Shown: piece by piece, positions 54,318 through 54,713 of the stretch
How positions within the stretch are numbered: position 1 is the stretch's first letter
How the letters are laid out: each line of letters starts with the position of its first letter
DNA from: a virus
Lineage: Duplodnaviria; Caudoviricetes
IMG/VR virus record: IMGVR_UViG_3300030419_006746
Span: 1 to 54,713 of that record
Reading direction: 5' to 3' (one strand)
Length of the DNA: 54,713 nt
The notes under the pieces: model-generated
The model's database searches: none
What the model was told of the DNA's origin: nothing
What the model saw: only the letters and a program-made list of their open reading frames with translations
Position numbers and translations under genes: made by a program

Positions 54318-54642
54318 GCAGCTATGAAAACGTCGTATACGAACTCGAAGAGAATGGTTACGAGAGCGCTTGTGAAATTGGAGCCCGAACCTATCGTAAA
54401 CTCGAAACCCGCGCTGGTCACATCGCTACACGAATCTACGAACTTCAAATGCTCCAGCTTGAACTCGACAAAGAAAGCGAGAGTGTCTATGCGCTCCTGG
54501 CCAAATTGGCCTTGACCGAGTCCGAGTCTGTTTGTTCCGAGAAGCTTGGAACCAAGGCCGAGTGCTTCGACTACTACTTTGGTGAAGAGCCTCACAGTAG
54601 TTATCGCGAGACCACAACAAACAAAAAGGTTAAATCACGATG
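54280..54642 (+). repeat. 37-bp imperfect direct repeat at gene junctions (54280-54316 and 54606-54642; 33/37 identical)
   Basis: GCGAGACCACAACAAAYAAAAAGGTWAAAWCACRATG. Confidence 0.9.
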
Positions 54643-54643
54643 A
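54314..54643 (+). CDS. Hypothetical protein
   Basis: Starts and ends inside the 37-bp repeats. Confidence 0.6.
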   Translation: MSSYENVVYELEENGYESACEIGARTYRKLETRAGHIATRIYELQMLQLELDKESESVYALLAKLALTESESVCSEKLGTKAECFDYYFGEEPHSSYRETTTNKKVKSR

Positions 54644-54713
54644 ACCAAAACAGAAGACAACCCTTTAAAGTCGAGTATTCCTTTCAGCATAACACGGCAC
54701 CCGCTCATCGTTC
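54640..54713 (+). CDS. Start of a further ORF (3' partial)
   Basis: ATG within the second repeat; open to the window edge. Confidence 0.45.
   Translation, partial: MNQNRRQPFKVEYSFQHNTAPAHR

Noticed and set aside
80-54620. All minus-strand ORFs and nested alternative-frame plus-strand ORFs
   Set aside because: They are shadows of better-supported + strand genes and lack motifs; the promoters and SDs I found all point to the + strand.
1-54713. Stop-codon reassignment
   Set aside because: Conserved genes are full length in the standard code, TAA, TGA and TAG all end genes, and no suppressor tRNA is present.
1-54713. Bacterial chromosome or prophage origin, given dnaE, recA, groEL and clpP
   Set aside because: Baseplate genes, a gp32-like SSB, an endolysin, single-strand gene packing and the lack of bacterial operon context indicate a large phage; no integrase or att site was seen.

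Overview
This is a 54.7 kb segment of a large tailed dsDNA phage, probably a myovirus-type huge/jumbo phage. Every credible gene is on the + strand. From left to right it holds: the end of a tail/baseplate module (about 1-6 kb); a replication, recombination and nucleotide-metabolism block (minimal PolA, divergent tubulin/FtsZ-like protein, gp32-like SSB, RecA, deaminase, 5'-3' exonuclease, DnaB, class II RNR, GroES, ThyX, KamA-type radical SAM enzyme, DnaE, dUTPase, GH25 endolysin, IMPDH/GMPR, GroEL); and an accessory/early region (about 35-54.7 kb) of small genes. Most genes in the accessory region have their own sigma70-like promoter. It also carries three tRNAs (Ile-TAT, CAT of Ile2 type, Arg-TCT), UvsE, an R-M-like pair, Hsp20, ClpP and a MoxR/VWA pair. 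The most notable observations are: (1) a 21-member family of tiny 'MKVGDLV' SH3/KOW-like genes that look like shuffled cassettes, two of them flanked by perfect direct repeats of a promoter; (2) a T3-type SAM-lyase-like protein and other cargo-like proteins with similar N-terminal leaders behind a candidate late promoter, ACTANTTA; (3) a CglF/GltF-like gliding-motility protein suggesting a Myxococcota/Bdellovibrionota-type host; (4) many predicted leaderless transcripts; (5) a ROSE-like thermometer upstream of hsp20; (6) an unexplained structured RNA of about 123 nt. Family assignments come from reading motifs by eye, not from database searches.
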